Positions 17,964 through 27,940 of a DNA stretch of 64,000 bases are shown here, in pieces; the stretch's first letter is position 1; every line of letters begins with the position of its first letter. Position numbers and translations under genes: made by a program. This DNA is from Acidobacteriota bacterium (GTDB taxonomy: Bacteria; Acidobacteriota; UBA4820), in NCBI GenBank assembly GCA_029559035.1, contig JAKQCT010000066.1:64832-128831 (forward strand), read 5' to 3'. The notes beneath the pieces were generated by a model. That model was given only the letters and a program-made list of their open reading frames with translations, made no database searches and was not told the DNA's origin.

Positions 17964-20900
17964 CTATGGACTGCAAGTGCTCTGTAAGGGGTCTATTTCT
18001 ATAATATTTGAATCATACCCGCTGGGGCCTTCAACTCCACCGCCAAAGGCAGTAACGAGGTAGTAATGGTTTCCCTCGCTCGGGCTTATCTCCACCCGCA
18101 TCTCCCCCGTGCCAAGGTCCTCGACTGTCGCCTGACAGACGCTGCCTGGCTTATTGTCGTGGTGATAGATCCCGTCCCATGGAGAAACGATATCTCCTTC
18201 GTAGATGTTGTAGCCGTCCAAGGAATCCAATCTTTGAAAATACATATAAAAACCTGTTGAAGATGCAACATCTTTTACCAATCTTGCCACGAAGATTGCA
18301 TCTGACGGTGACACTTCCGACGCAGGGCAAAAATCCACAAATACTTGGAATTCGCTTGAAAAGCCCGCACACCCATCAGGATTCATCACTTGAACTTTGT
18401 AATTTCCTGAAGTCTTTGCGTCGTAATTTTGCATTGTTGCGCCTACGATCAAAAAATTGTTCAAGTACCATTGGTAACTACTATAGCTTCCGGTGGCTAA
18501 AGAAACATAAGTTGATGGGCACATGTTTAAATGGTCGCCTGATATGGAAGGTGTGGGAGTTTGATAAACAACAACTTCCTTTCCGCTTGATGTTGCGACG
18601 CAACCGTCCGCAGTTGAAACCCTTACTGCGTATGTCCCACTTAAAACTGCACTATGGTTCTGTCCGGTTGCACCGATAAGATCAGTTCCATTTCGCATCC
18701 ATTGATATGTCGAAAATGCTTGCGTAGATATTTCGACTGAACCACAGCCAGTGCTGTTGCCAATAACCGAAGGATTTGGAGTAGGATATACCGTAATTGC
18801 CTTATCTTGGGAAACACCCACGCATCCGTTTGAATTTGTCACTCGAACTGCAAATACTCCAGTTTCTGATGTTGAATAACTCTGGCTGTTTGCCCCTGGG
18901 ATATCGATCGCATCCTTGATCCATTGGTAACTTTCATATACTTCTGTGGATAATAGGACAGAATCGCATGCGTTATTACCTGAGATTGTTGGAGAAGGAG
19001 AAGCATCTATGGTAACCGCTTTGGCGTTAGAGATTGATGTGCAGCCTCCGATATTGCCTACTCTTACACTGTAATTTCCAGTTGTTGTCGCTATATAAGA
19101 TTGATTGGTTGCTCCAGTAATATCTATTCCATCGCCGATCCACTGGTAACTCGCATAGCTTCCTGTAGAAAGCGCAACGCTTCCACACCCGTTCGACGGT
19201 CCGGTTATTGTCGGTGGTGTGGGGTATGCATACACAGTGAAAATAGGACTGATTGCCTGACACGCATGGGAATCAGTTACTTTGACCGTATAATTGCCTG
19301 GGACCACAGCCTCGTAGTTCTTGCCTGTTGCCCCCGATATAACTGAGCCATTTCTGTACCATTGATAGTTACCGGGAATAATTTCTTGGGTGCTCAAGTT
19401 GGCCGTCTGGCAGGCAGGACTCGGACCTGTAATAACCGGAGAAGGAGCACTCCAGTCATACACATTCACGCCTTCTGTTGATGAAGCATATCCATAACCG
19501 TTCCTGTAAACCACTTGGTACAGATAAGTCTGCCCGTTCTCCCCGGTTAAATCAATATACTCGACATTTCCATAAAGAATACTACTTGCGATCTTGACGC
19601 CATCTCTTGTCACATCATACGAACGCGTTCCGTTCCCATCATCATTCCAATTAAAAGGGTCCTGCTGCCAAGAGATCAATACGCCCGTATCGCCACATCC
19701 ATCAAGATCAACAGCACTATTGTTGATCGTACATTCCGGGGAAGCATGATAGTCATATGCCCATAAAGATTCATTGGATAAAGCGGATTCCACAAAGAAA
19801 TATAGCCGCAGATTCGATGCCGTAAGATTTTGGATGTCTGCGGATAAAGCACCCGGGTTAATGTCCGACACGCGTATTGTGCCAACTCCTGTCCCGTCGC
19901 TTTTCCAAAGCTCCATGCCATTAATGCCATCATCGGCCAAGAAGAAAAGCTCGCCACTCGCATAAGTTAGATATGTCGGATTTGATGAGGAAGCGCCACT
20001 GCGTAAATCCTCAACTATCACAGTGCCGGAAGGAGTGCCGTCGCTTTTCCATAATTCAGTGCCACTTGTATTATCATTGGCGGTAAAGAAGAGAATTCCG
20101 TTTGCATTAATCAAGTTGCTTGGATCTGATGATGATGCCCCGCTTGATATATCTTTTACCAGGGCGGTTCCTGCGGTTGTGCCGTCGCTCTTCCAGAGTT
20201 CACAGCCATTTACGCCGTCATCGACGGTAAAGAATAAAGAGCCGTTCATAGCAACAAGATTGTCAATGCATGGGAATTCGATACTATAGAATCCCTTTAC
20301 GAGAACAGTCCCGGCGGCAGTGCCATCGCTCTTCCATAATTCATTACCCCTTAATGTAAAGAATAATAATCCATCAACGCTTACAAGACCCTCCGGAGAT
20401 GTGTCGAAATGCGAGACCACTACTGTCCCGGCAGTTGTTCCGTCGCTTTTGCATAGATCAGAGTCAGACCAAGCGAGGCCTGCTGTAAAAAATAGTGTTC
20501 CTTCTGAATTCACCAACCTCTCCACTGCTTGATATCCATAATTCATTATGAGAACTGTCCCCGCGTCGGTCCCATCACTTTTCCAGAGCCCATTGGCATT
20601 AGCTGAAGGGTTATGCGCGGCGAAATAAAGAATATCGTTTACATTTGTAAGATATGCCGGACAACTCCCCTCTGCGCCAGGATAAATATCCTTAACTAAT
20701 GCCGTTCCTGGTTCAGTTCCATCGCTTTTCCAAAGTTCCCGTCCATGCAGACCATCATCCGCGGAAAAAACCAATGCCCCGCCGACATCTATGAAGTCCC
20801 TCGGATCGGAGCCATCGGAGCCTGAATAAATATCCTTAACCCTGACAGTACCAGCTTCAGTGCCGTCGCTTTTCCACAGTTCATTATCAATTGTTCCCTG

Positions 20901-22424
20901 ATTTCCTGAAAAATAGAGCGTGTTATTAATGCTCGCCGTAATACGCTCCTGAAAGTTGTAGTAATTGTTCTTGACCATGACGGTTCCGTTCTCGGTCCCG
21001 TCACTTTTCCAGAGCTCTATGCCGTGAGAGCCATCATTGGCACTAAAGTAAAGAACGCCATTTACATTTGTAAGATGATTCGGGTAACTTCCCTTTACGC
21101 CTTCATAAATATCTTTAACTAAAGTGGTTCCAACTTCAGTGCCGTCACTTTTCCACAGTTCAAAATGCAAATTATCATATTCATCCACAGAATCAAAGGT
21201 TCTAAAATATAGTATCCCATTCACATTTGTAAAATTTTGGCTGAAATCGTACCCACCAATACTAACGGTTCCTCCCGCTGTTCCGTCACTTTTCCATAAT
21301 GTTCCACCTGTACAATATATAAATAGCAACCCATCTGCGTTCACGAGACATTTAGCCCCCTCAATATATTTTATTGCCACTGTTCCGGCAGTCGTCCCGT
21401 CGCTTTTCCACAACTCATTTCCCGCGGAAAAATAGAGCGTGCCGTTTACATTTACTAAATTATCAGGCCAAGGATAGGCCGAGATGGTGGTCAATTGCAA
21501 TGTGCCTGCTTCAGTTCCATCGCTTTTCCAAAGTTCGACACTTTCTGTTGTTTCGTCCCGAGCTGTAAAGAAAAGAATCCCATTTACATTTGTAAGGTTA
21601 TCAGGGGGGAAATATTTCCATACGTAACTGGGCATATTTTTTACCAGCACAGTTCCGGACTCTGTTCCGTCGCTTTTCCATATGCTGGAATCTCCTTCTG
21701 AATGATCTTTTGCAACGAAAAAAAGAGTCCCATTAACATCTGTCATACATCTTATATATGCACCATCCGGATTTGTTGTTATGTCTTTTACGACTATTGT
21801 GCCTGTAGAAGTTCCATCACTTTTCCACAGCACCCTCTTAAAAAAATATTCTGGATTCCCCGCAGTGAAGAAAAGTGTACCATTCACATTGATCAGATTC
21901 TCCGGATATGACGGTATCCATCCATTCGATAAAAATTGCTTAACCATTATTGTTCCAGCTTCAGTGCCATCACTCTTCCATAATTCATAGCCGTTCTGGC
22001 CGGAACGCGCTCTAAAAAAAAGAGTCCCGTTCACATTCGTAAGATATTTGGGATAAGAAGATGCTTCCCCCGTATTAATGTCCTTGATCATATATGTGCC
22101 TGTCGCGGTTCCGTCGCTTCGCCATAGTTCCTCACCGTGATGAATATCATCCGCAACATAATAAGCAATATTACCTATTCCTACAATTTCAGTACCAGCT
22201 TCAAGACCGCCCCATGAATCCATCGCTGAAACTGCTTTCACCTGATATGGGTTGATCTCCGAAAGTTCACTGTTTTTATTGATGTATGGTGACTGGTCAG
22301 TTTTAATGGTTTGATAGCCATAATCATTGTTACCAGACATAGTATATTGAGCGTGAGTAACATGAGTAATAATTGAAGAAAGAACGATGAAAGCTATGAT
22401 ATTACCGATTGCACTAAGCTTCAT
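17964..22424 (-). CDS. Giant (1486 aa) secreted surface protein: ~20 ELWxxDGT repeats, ~6 Cys-containing Ig-like ~75-aa repeats, C-terminal domain
   Basis: Signal peptide MKLSAIGNIIAFIVLSSIITHVTHA. Reiterated (E/N)LWKSDGT(E/A)AGT…VKDI modules. Then repeats of …C(G/D)SV.LST..Y.SYQW…G(A/T)…Y.V.V…GC…; lower GC than flanks. Confidence 0.85.
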   Translation of the reverse strand: MKLSAIGNIIAFIVLSSIITHVTHAQYTMSGNNDYGYQTIKTDQSPYINKNSELSEINPYQVKAVSAMDSWGGLEAGTEIVGIGNIAYYVADDIHHGEELWRSDGTATGTYMIKDINTGEASSYPKYLTNVNGTLFFRARSGQNGYELWKSDGTEAGTIMVKQFLSNGWIPSYPENLINVNGTLFFTAGNPEYFFKRVLWKSDGTSTGTIVVKDITTNPDGAYIRCMTDVNGTLFFVAKDHSEGDSSIWKSDGTESGTVLVKNMPSYVWKYFPPDNLTNVNGILFFTARDETTESVELWKSDGTEAGTLQLTTISAYPWPDNLVNVNGTLYFSAGNELWKSDGTTAGTVAIKYIEGAKCLVNADGLLFIYCTGGTLWKSDGTAGGTVSIGGYDFSQNFTNVNGILYFRTFDSVDEYDNLHFELWKSDGTEVGTTLVKDIYEGVKGSYPNHLTNVNGVLYFSANDGSHGIELWKSDGTENGTVMVKNNYYNFQERITASINNTLYFSGNQGTIDNELWKSDGTEAGTVRVKDIYSGSDGSDPRDFIDVGGALVFSADDGLHGRELWKSDGTEPGTALVKDIYPGAEGSCPAYLTNVNDILYFAAHNPSANANGLWKSDGTDAGTVLIMNYGYQAVERLVNSEGTLFFTAGLAWSDSDLCKSDGTTAGTVVVSHFDTSPEGLVSVDGLLFFTLRGNELWKSDGTAAGTVLVKGFYSIEFPCIDNLVAMNGSLFFTVDDGVNGCELWKSDGTTAGTALVKDISSGASSSDPSNLINANGILFFTANDNTSGTELWKSDGTPSGTVIVEDLRSGASSSNPTYLTYASGELFFLADDGINGMELWKSDGTGVGTIRVSDINPGALSADIQNLTASNLRLYFFVESALSNESLWAYDYHASPECTINNSAVDLDGCGDTGVLISWQQDPFNWNDDGNGTRSYDVTRDGVKIASSILYGNVEYIDLTGENGQTYLYQVVYRNGYGYASSTEGVNVYDWSAPSPVITGPSPACQTANLSTQEIIPGNYQWYRNGSVISGATGKNYEAVVPGNYTVKVTDSHACQAISPIFTVYAYPTPPTITGPSNGCGSVALSTGSYASYQWIGDGIDITGATNQSYIATTTGNYSVRVGNIGGCTSISNAKAVTIDASPSPTISGNNACDSVLLSTEVYESYQWIKDAIDIPGANSQSYSTSETGVFAVRVTNSNGCVGVSQDKAITVYPTPNPSVIGNSTGCGSVEISTQAFSTYQWMRNGTDLIGATGQNHSAVLSGTYAVRVSTADGCVATSSGKEVVVYQTPTPSISGDHLNMCPSTYVSLATGSYSSYQWYLNNFLIVGATMQNYDAKTSGNYKVQVMNPDGCAGFSSEFQVFVDFCPASEVSPSDAIFVARLVKDVASSTGFYMYFQRLDSLDGYNIYEGDIVSPWDGIYHHDNKPGSVCQATVEDLGTGEMRVEISPSEGNHYYLVTAFGGGVEGPSGYDSNIIEIDPLQSTCSP

Positions 22425-22461
22425 TTTCCTACCCCCTTTGACAAGATCTTATTATAGGTCC

Positions 22462-22470
22462 ATTGTCAAC
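22462..22470. promoter_or_regulatory. ATTGTCAAC motif in the promoter region of the giant surface-protein gene (same 9-mer as the 38212-38307 direct repeats)
   Basis: ggtccATTGTCAACaaattgacaagg. Confidence 0.3.
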
Positions 22471-22530
22471 AAATTGACAAGGGCTGAAGGCGCAAGGCTG
22501 AAGTTCAATAGGGAATGTTGGTTTTTCTTA

Positions 22531-22643
22531 GGGGTGATTCACGAATCGCACGAATTGCCCCCCCGCCATACCCGCACAGTAAAGAATCCGGTCATCACGA
22601 GAAAGGCCCGCAGCGTTTCAAACGAAGTGATCTGCCTTATCCC
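22531..22643 (+). repeat. Family C repeat, full copy 2
   Basis: ggggtgattcacgaatcgcacgaattgccc…ccgccatacccgcacagtaaagaatccggtcatcacgagaaaggcccgcagcgtttcaaacgaagtgatctgccttatccc. Confidence 0.65.
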
Positions 22644-22747
22644 TTCCCTATCAACCCTTCAGCCTCCAGCCTTCAGCCTTCAGCTCTGGCGCAAGCCTTC
22701 CGCCTTCCGCACCGCCCTTCGGGCATTATCCTTGACACTTTTCCCGG

Positions 22748-24553
22748 ATGGGCTTATGTTGTAAGTGGGCGAGACATCGCGCTGGAGGGCAAGGGGTGGC
22801 CGAAGATAACGGGGGAAAAGACCTCACGAAAGAACGCATCGGGGAACTCGAGGACGCCTACCGGGTGATCGAGGAATACAACAGGATGAAGGAATCCGCC
22901 CCGCAATCCCCGCCTGCCGAGCCGCCTCCAACCGAACCGGCGACGCCGGAACAACCCGCGCCTGAACTTCCGCCCAGGCAGGAGCCTCCGCTTCCGTCCC
23001 CGCCCGCCGGCCATTCGAAACCCGCCGTCGTTCTCAGGGAGATCATAAAGAGCGTCACCCCGAAACCCTCGCCGCAAAAGATGACCAGGGAAGAGCGTCT
23101 GCAGGACAGGGAGCTTCTCTCGCAGTACAAGGGGCCGCGGCTCTACTGGCGGATAATCACCGTACTGACGATGATAATCCCTCCGATCCTGGCCTTCGTG
23201 GCGACGCTCGACCTTTTCAGGGTCAGGAACCACGAACTGCCCAGCCGTTACAAGTTCGCCCTTCACTACTGCATTCTCCTTCTGCTGACGGGCATCGGCT
23301 TCAATTATTTCTTCTTCCAGGACTCTCTGGGAGCCCTGAGCTCCGTCGAACTATGGCAAAGCGTTCTCAGCCTCTTCGCTCTCTTTTTCCCGCCCCTTCT
23401 CATCTGCATAGTGATCGTGGACATGATAAGAAGGCGCAACATGCGCATGGGGCCCTCCTACCTGCTCCACTACATCCTGCTCATCTCGGGCCTGTCGTGG
23501 CTTTTCATCAAGGTGGTGATCGCCCCCGACCTCGACACGCCGGACATCCTCGATATCGTCAACATCCTCCCCGCCATCTACACGGAGATCTTTCCGCCCG
23601 TCCTCTTTCTAATGATAATCCTCGGGCTGATAGGCATCCGCAACAGGCACCTCGCCAGCAGGTACTCCCATACGATCCACTACTGCAGGCTCCTTATCGT
23701 CGCCGGGACGCTCTGGTGGATCCTGCTCGCGACGGGCGAAGAGTTCAACTTCTGGGAGCCGATCAGATCGCCCGCGTCCCCCTCGAAGCTAACCCTTTTA
23801 CGCCTTGACAATTTCCCGGATACCGCGGCCCGGAAGGAGGAGATGACAGGCAGGGATATCGCGCGCGACTACATGCACCTGGTCGCCAAGATAAGCCAGG
23901 TTTACGAATACCGCTTCGCCCCCGGCCAAGGCGGCAATTCAGGGAGCACCGTCGTAATAATGGCCGACGAGCAGAACCTCTATTTCCTCACCTGCGACCA
24001 TGTCGTTGACATGGACGACAACGGAAGTTCCATAAACAACATCATCGACATAGCGATGGAGAACGGCCAGACCTCCCAGGCGAAGGTCATAGGCGCCCAC
24101 AAGAAATACGACCTCGCGTTCCTGCTGGCGCGAAGGGATTCATCAAAAACAGAAATGCCCGCAAAGGATTTTATCCTGCCGATAAGGTCCTCCGAAACGA
24201 TCGAGACGGGAGAACACATCTTTGCCATCGGCCATCCGCTGGGTCGCAACTTTTCCCTATCCGACGGCCTCGTTTCCCAGAAAATTGACCTTAAAGAAAA
24301 AGAGTATAACGGCCTCATCCAGATATCAGCCCCCGTCAGTCCCGGCAACAGCGGCGGACCCGTTTTCGACAGCAGGGGCAACCTGATCGCCATAGCCGCC
24401 CGAAGCTTCTCGCCCATATTCAGAGCTCAGAACCTGAATTTCGCCGTCCGCGCCGACGCCATTTTCGATATCAAAGATTGGGTACTCACCGAAGAAGGAA
24501 AAAAAGCGCTGGAGAAGATCGCCGAGACGCATGGGAAGGGGAAAGATACTTAG
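22748..24553 (+). CDS. Membrane-anchored trypsin-like (S1/HtrA-type) serine protease with Pro-rich linker
   Basis: Pro-rich region (PPAEPPPTEPATPEQPAPELPP), ~8 TM helices, then protease motifs …TCDHVV…, …GHPLG…, GNSGGPVF. Start uncertain between 22748 and 22886. Confidence 0.7.
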   Translation: MGLCCKWARHRAGGQGVAEDNGGKDLTKERIGELEDAYRVIEEYNRMKESAPQSPPAEPPPTEPATPEQPAPELPPRQEPPLPSPPAGHSKPAVVLREIIKSVTPKPSPQKMTREERLQDRELLSQYKGPRLYWRIITVLTMIIPPILAFVATLDLFRVRNHELPSRYKFALHYCILLLLTGIGFNYFFFQDSLGALSSVELWQSVLSLFALFFPPLLICIVIVDMIRRRNMRMGPSYLLHYILLISGLSWLFIKVVIAPDLDTPDILDIVNILPAIYTEIFPPVLFLMIILGLIGIRNRHLASRYSHTIHYCRLLIVAGTLWWILLATGEEFNFWEPIRSPASPSKLTLLRLDNFPDTAARKEEMTGRDIARDYMHLVAKISQVYEYRFAPGQGGNSGSTVVIMADEQNLYFLTCDHVVDMDDNGSSINNIIDIAMENGQTSQAKVIGAHKKYDLAFLLARRDSSKTEMPAKDFILPIRSSETIETGEHIFAIGHPLGRNFSLSDGLVSQKIDLKEKEYNGLIQISAPVSPGNSGGPVFDSRGNLIAIAARSFSPIFRAQNLNFAVRADAIFDIKDWVLTEEGKKALEKIAETHGKGKDT

Positions 24554-24577
24554 CAACATTCTTATTAGGAGGAATGA

Positions 24578-24991
24578 ATGCCTTTTTATCATTTTACTGA
24601 CACAAGGAACCTTCCTTCAATAAAACGTCACGGTCTCCTTAGTTGGTACAACTTACGCAATAGGAACATCGATCATTTTCCTGCATCTAATGATCTATCC
24701 CGTAAACTCGACTTAAAAAAAAGCCTTGAGAATTATGTCCGTCTTTGCTTAAAACCAAATCACCCTATGGCAAGTCGAGCATTATCTGAAGGAAGAATCC
24801 AAAGAATAGCATGGTTAGTTATTGATGACGCAGTGTCGCGGTGGCGATCCACCCTCTATAGCAATACAAATGCAACCGCAAACAATGCCGTAATTGATCA
24901 TGATATTAGAACGATTTACAATAGTTTTGATTCTCAGGCTGAAGTTCTTGTCGAAGGAGGTATTTCTCTCAAATGGATTACATTTCCGTAA
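24578..24991 (+). CDS. darT: DarT-like (DUF4433) DNA ADP-ribosyltransferase toxin, compact 137-aa form
   Basis: MPFYHFTDTRNLPSIKRHGLLS (DUF4433 N-motif), …ENYVRLCLKPNHPM…, C-terminal …SQAEVLVEGGISLKWI (catalytic Glu in QAE[VF]LV context). AGGAGG RBS; first gene of the AT-rich island. Confidence 0.6.
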   Translation: MPFYHFTDTRNLPSIKRHGLLSWYNLRNRNIDHFPASNDLSRKLDLKKSLENYVRLCLKPNHPMASRALSEGRIQRIAWLVIDDAVSRWRSTLYSNTNATANNAVIDHDIRTIYNSFDSQAEVLVEGGISLKWITFP

Positions 24992-25024
24992 TTTGATGGT
25001 TTCATTGAAAGAGCGAGGATAGAA

Positions 25025-25720
25025 TTGGCAGAAAGACCTGTTTTTATTCCTAATCACACCGGCAAGCAACTTGTTATTGAGAAAAATATTTCTTTTCATT
25101 GGAATCCAGGAATGAGCATATCTCAGAAAAGAAAGAACATAGTTGCTTTGCACGAAGCCGCCAGCATGATTGGAGTGTCACCGATTCTTGAAGTATCTAC
25201 AAAGTCCGATCAACAGATTGGCAATAGATTAAGTGCCTTCAACCTCAAAGTTAGAAGGAATACTGGGACACATATTTCTCTGGAATCTGCATTCCAAGGC
25301 AGTAAGGTATTTAAATACGGCGGCCCCTATAGTGACTTATATGGAAAAAGTGGCTTTGAGTGCAAAAAGGACGAGCGATTAAAGAACTCCGGTGAACTGG
25401 TTTCTTTCTGTTATGATGGCATTGAATGGGATCTTTCACCCCATACAGCTTTTTATGATTGGCTATATGTGAACGCAGTCCATTCGGGTCCATGTATTGA
25501 TGATGTGCTTCTTAGATACAACGGGTTCAGCGATATTGAATTCAATCCGGCAAAATCAATCAACTGCCAGGCCCGCTCATGCGCTTTATATGTTTCTCTG
25601 AAGAAAAGAAAACTTCTCGAAAATGCCATTAAAGACAAAGATTGTTTTATTGAACTGGTAAAAAACGGATACATTCAAAAGACCGACTTATCCCAAATGC
25701 ATCAAGGGAGCTTATTTTAG
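25025..25720 (+). CDS. Uncharacterised 231-aa protein in the antitoxin position downstream of darT-like; not a macrodomain
   Basis: 34-nt gap, same strand. No macro motifs (no GGG…AI / GIYG). Weak by-eye NADAR-like pattern FKYGGPYSDLYGKSGF…DGIEWDLSPHTAF. Confidence 0.5.
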   Translation: MAERPVFIPNHTGKQLVIEKNISFHWNPGMSISQKRKNIVALHEAASMIGVSPILEVSTKSDQQIGNRLSAFNLKVRRNTGTHISLESAFQGSKVFKYGGPYSDLYGKSGFECKKDERLKNSGELVSFCYDGIEWDLSPHTAFYDWLYVNAVHSGPCIDDVLLRYNGFSDIEFNPAKSINCQARSCALYVSLKKRKLLENAIKDKDCFIELVKNGYIQKTDLSQMHQGSLF

Positions 25721-25821
25721 CATAAGGAGAATTATATTACGGGGTCTCTAGGAAAGGCATATCAAATAAAACTATTGTCACGACAAAGGAAGACGTTGTC
25801 ATATAATTGTGAATAGCACTG

Positions 25822-26949
25822 CTATTTAATTACGGTACGCTTCATCCATTGGATGTCGCCTTCCTGAGAGTCTTTTCCTGATAACAGTACTTCATATTGT
25901 TCATTTTGAAGTTGACGGAAATACACTCTCCATTTTACCGCCTTAGAATGATACTCCTTCCATCCTTTATTTTGTCCTTCTACTCTCCACCCATCGATTT
26001 GGTTATTTATTATATTATGAATACTCTTTATGGCGTTAATTATTTCCTGGTCAGACAATTCAATTAATGCCATTTCTATGCTGCTCCGAACAAATATTAC
26101 GTTGGGCATTAACACTTCAATTATTGATGTAACTAAGTTCTTTCGGTCTGACAATGATGAATCCTTGTGCATTTTATCAAATATAGTTGTATTATCATTT
26201 TGAAGTCGGCATTTTTCTTGCCTAAGATGAGCGATCTCCATTTCACGTTGTTTTAATTCATTGTCAAATTCACTGATGTAATCGTTTAATTCTTTTTCTT
26301 TTTTCTCTATTTCTATCTTGAAATTAAATATTTCCTTATCTTTATTTTCTATTATTGCTTTGTACTCCGATTCGAGCTTATCTTTAGTTTGACTTTCAAG
26401 TCTCTCCTGGATTTTACTATTCAAAACATCGTTTTCTTCTTTACTTGATCTGAGCGATATTTCAAGTTCCTTCATCTTATTATTTTTACTAGCTATTTCC
26501 TTTTGATATTTTGCCTTCAGGGTTTCAACCTCAATATTTCTTAAAAACAATTCTTTTTCTATCGTTTCAATTCTGTTCAGGGATTCTTTAAGTGATTGAG
26601 ATGTATCATCTGCTTTTTTCTGAATTGCTTCCTGCGGAAGAGCAATATCTTGCTTTTTTTCCTCCTGCAAAGAAGTTTTCGTAAGACGTTGCTTCTTTTT
26701 TAATACTGCTCGCACCACAGCATTAATTTTTGTCTTACTCAATATATTGCTTTCACCTTCAACCCGGAAGTACCAATTGTATTGAATCCCATCAGATGCC
26801 GGACGAAAACTGTAGTTCTTCTTCGTTACTTGAATACCTTTTGATAATAATGCTTTTTCAATCTCATCATAATAGCCTTCAAAGGAGCGAGGAAGTAAAA
26901 GATATTTGAAATAACCTTGTTCGTCATAATACCATTTAGCATCTGACAT
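25822..26949 (-). CDS. Coiled-coil protein (375 aa) with small globular N- and C-terminal domains
   Basis: Long heptad-rich KE-rich middle (…LKAKYQKEIASKNNKMKELEISLRSSKEEND…); AT-rich codon usage. Confidence 0.5.
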   Translation of the reverse strand: MSDAKWYYDEQGYFKYLLLPRSFEGYYDEIEKALLSKGIQVTKKNYSFRPASDGIQYNWYFRVEGESNILSKTKINAVVRAVLKKKQRLTKTSLQEEKKQDIALPQEAIQKKADDTSQSLKESLNRIETIEKELFLRNIEVETLKAKYQKEIASKNNKMKELEISLRSSKEENDVLNSKIQERLESQTKDKLESEYKAIIENKDKEIFNFKIEIEKKEKELNDYISEFDNELKQREMEIAHLRQEKCRLQNDNTTIFDKMHKDSSLSDRKNLVTSIIEVLMPNVIFVRSSIEMALIELSDQEIINAIKSIHNIINNQIDGWRVEGQNKGWKEYHSKAVKWRVYFRQLQNEQYEVLLSGKDSQEGDIQWMKRTVIK

Positions 26950-27163
26950 TCACTACCTCCCCATATGCATCATTAAATGAACATTTTTTCAAAAGTGTTG
27001 TGATCTAACACTACTGAAAATATTTGCCCATCATGCTTCATCAACTCCTCTCCACCATTTTTCACGCCCAATCTATTCTACTCCTATCCTATTTCCAAAA
27101 AAATCCCCCGCCCTTGGGCTTTCGCTTCGGGGCGGGGGTGTCTTCAGCCATCAGCCTTCAGTT

Positions 27164-27898
27164 TTACTGTTTTGCTGCTTTCTTCGCCTTTCTCGTCGCT
27201 GCGGCCTTTTCGGGGGCTTTGCGCTGCGCGGCTGTCTTGCCGTTGCGCTTCAATATGCCCAGCTTTTCAAGAAGCTGGGGCTGGTCCCTCAGGGCGACCT
27301 TTGCGACCTTGATGAACGCGCTCATCCAATAGTCGATCGCTTCCATCGCCTTGTTCTGTTCATAGGTGGCCTGCTGGGCGGCTCCCTTCGCCGATTCCTG
27401 CGCCTGGTTCGCGGCCGTCAGCTCGACGATCTTTCCCCTCTCCTTCGAAAGCTTTTCGACAGTATATCCGTAAGACGACAGGATGTCGGTTATCTCCGCC
27501 GTGTGCGAAGCGTTGTCAAAGAGGGCCGTCGCCATCGTGATGAACAGCGGCAGGGCGTTCGGCATCGCGGCGTTCAACCCCAGAACCGCCAGCTTGGCCT
27601 TGTCCCTGACAAAAGCCGCCCTCGCCACCTGGGCGAGGTTCTGATAAGCCTTTTTCGCCTCCTTCTCGGCAGCCGACAACCTTGCCGTCGAATCCTTCTG
27701 GTCCCCGTAAGCGGCGACCTGCTTCTTTACAGCCGCCTCGGCCGCCTCGTACAAGCCCTTGCCCTCGCTGATCTTTGCCGTCTGGTAGCCGTACTCCCCC
27801 AAAAGCTGTCCGATCTGGGGATCCGAAAGAGCATTCGAAATTGCCACGTTCGCGGAAATCAACCTCTCTGACAAAGCGTTCTTCGGTCTGACCATCAT
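27164..27898 (-). CDS. Alpha-helical protein with C-terminal Lys/Ala-rich histone-H1/AlgP-like tail; candidate DNA-binding protein for the adjacent iteron array
   Basis: C-terminus …KTAAQRKAPEKAAATRKAKKAAKQ. The gene start abuts the 21-bp repeat array. Confidence 0.45.
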   Translation of the reverse strand: MMVRPKNALSERLISANVAISNALSDPQIGQLLGEYGYQTAKISEGKGLYEAAEAAVKKQVAAYGDQKDSTARLSAAEKEAKKAYQNLAQVARAAFVRDKAKLAVLGLNAAMPNALPLFITMATALFDNASHTAEITDILSSYGYTVEKLSKERGKIVELTAANQAQESAKGAAQQATYEQNKAMEAIDYWMSAFIKVAKVALRDQPQLLEKLGILKRNGKTAAQRKAPEKAAATRKAKKAAKQ

Positions 27899-27940
27899 GG
27901 CCTCCTTTCAGAAAAACTACTCTCCTTTGGTATGCGCTTC

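Noticed and set aside
19676-22000. Many small + strand ORFs with repeated …VPSLFHNS…/…VPAVVPSLF… peptides
   Set aside because: They are antisense translations of the ELWKSDGT repeat codons of the 1486-aa minus-strand gene.
22748-22885. Alternative later start (ATG 22886, RBS GAGGA) for the protease gene
   Set aside because: This is not excluded. The upstream in-frame segment (…LTKERIGELEDAYRVIEEYNRM…) looks protein-like, so the longer ORF was kept, with reduced confidence.
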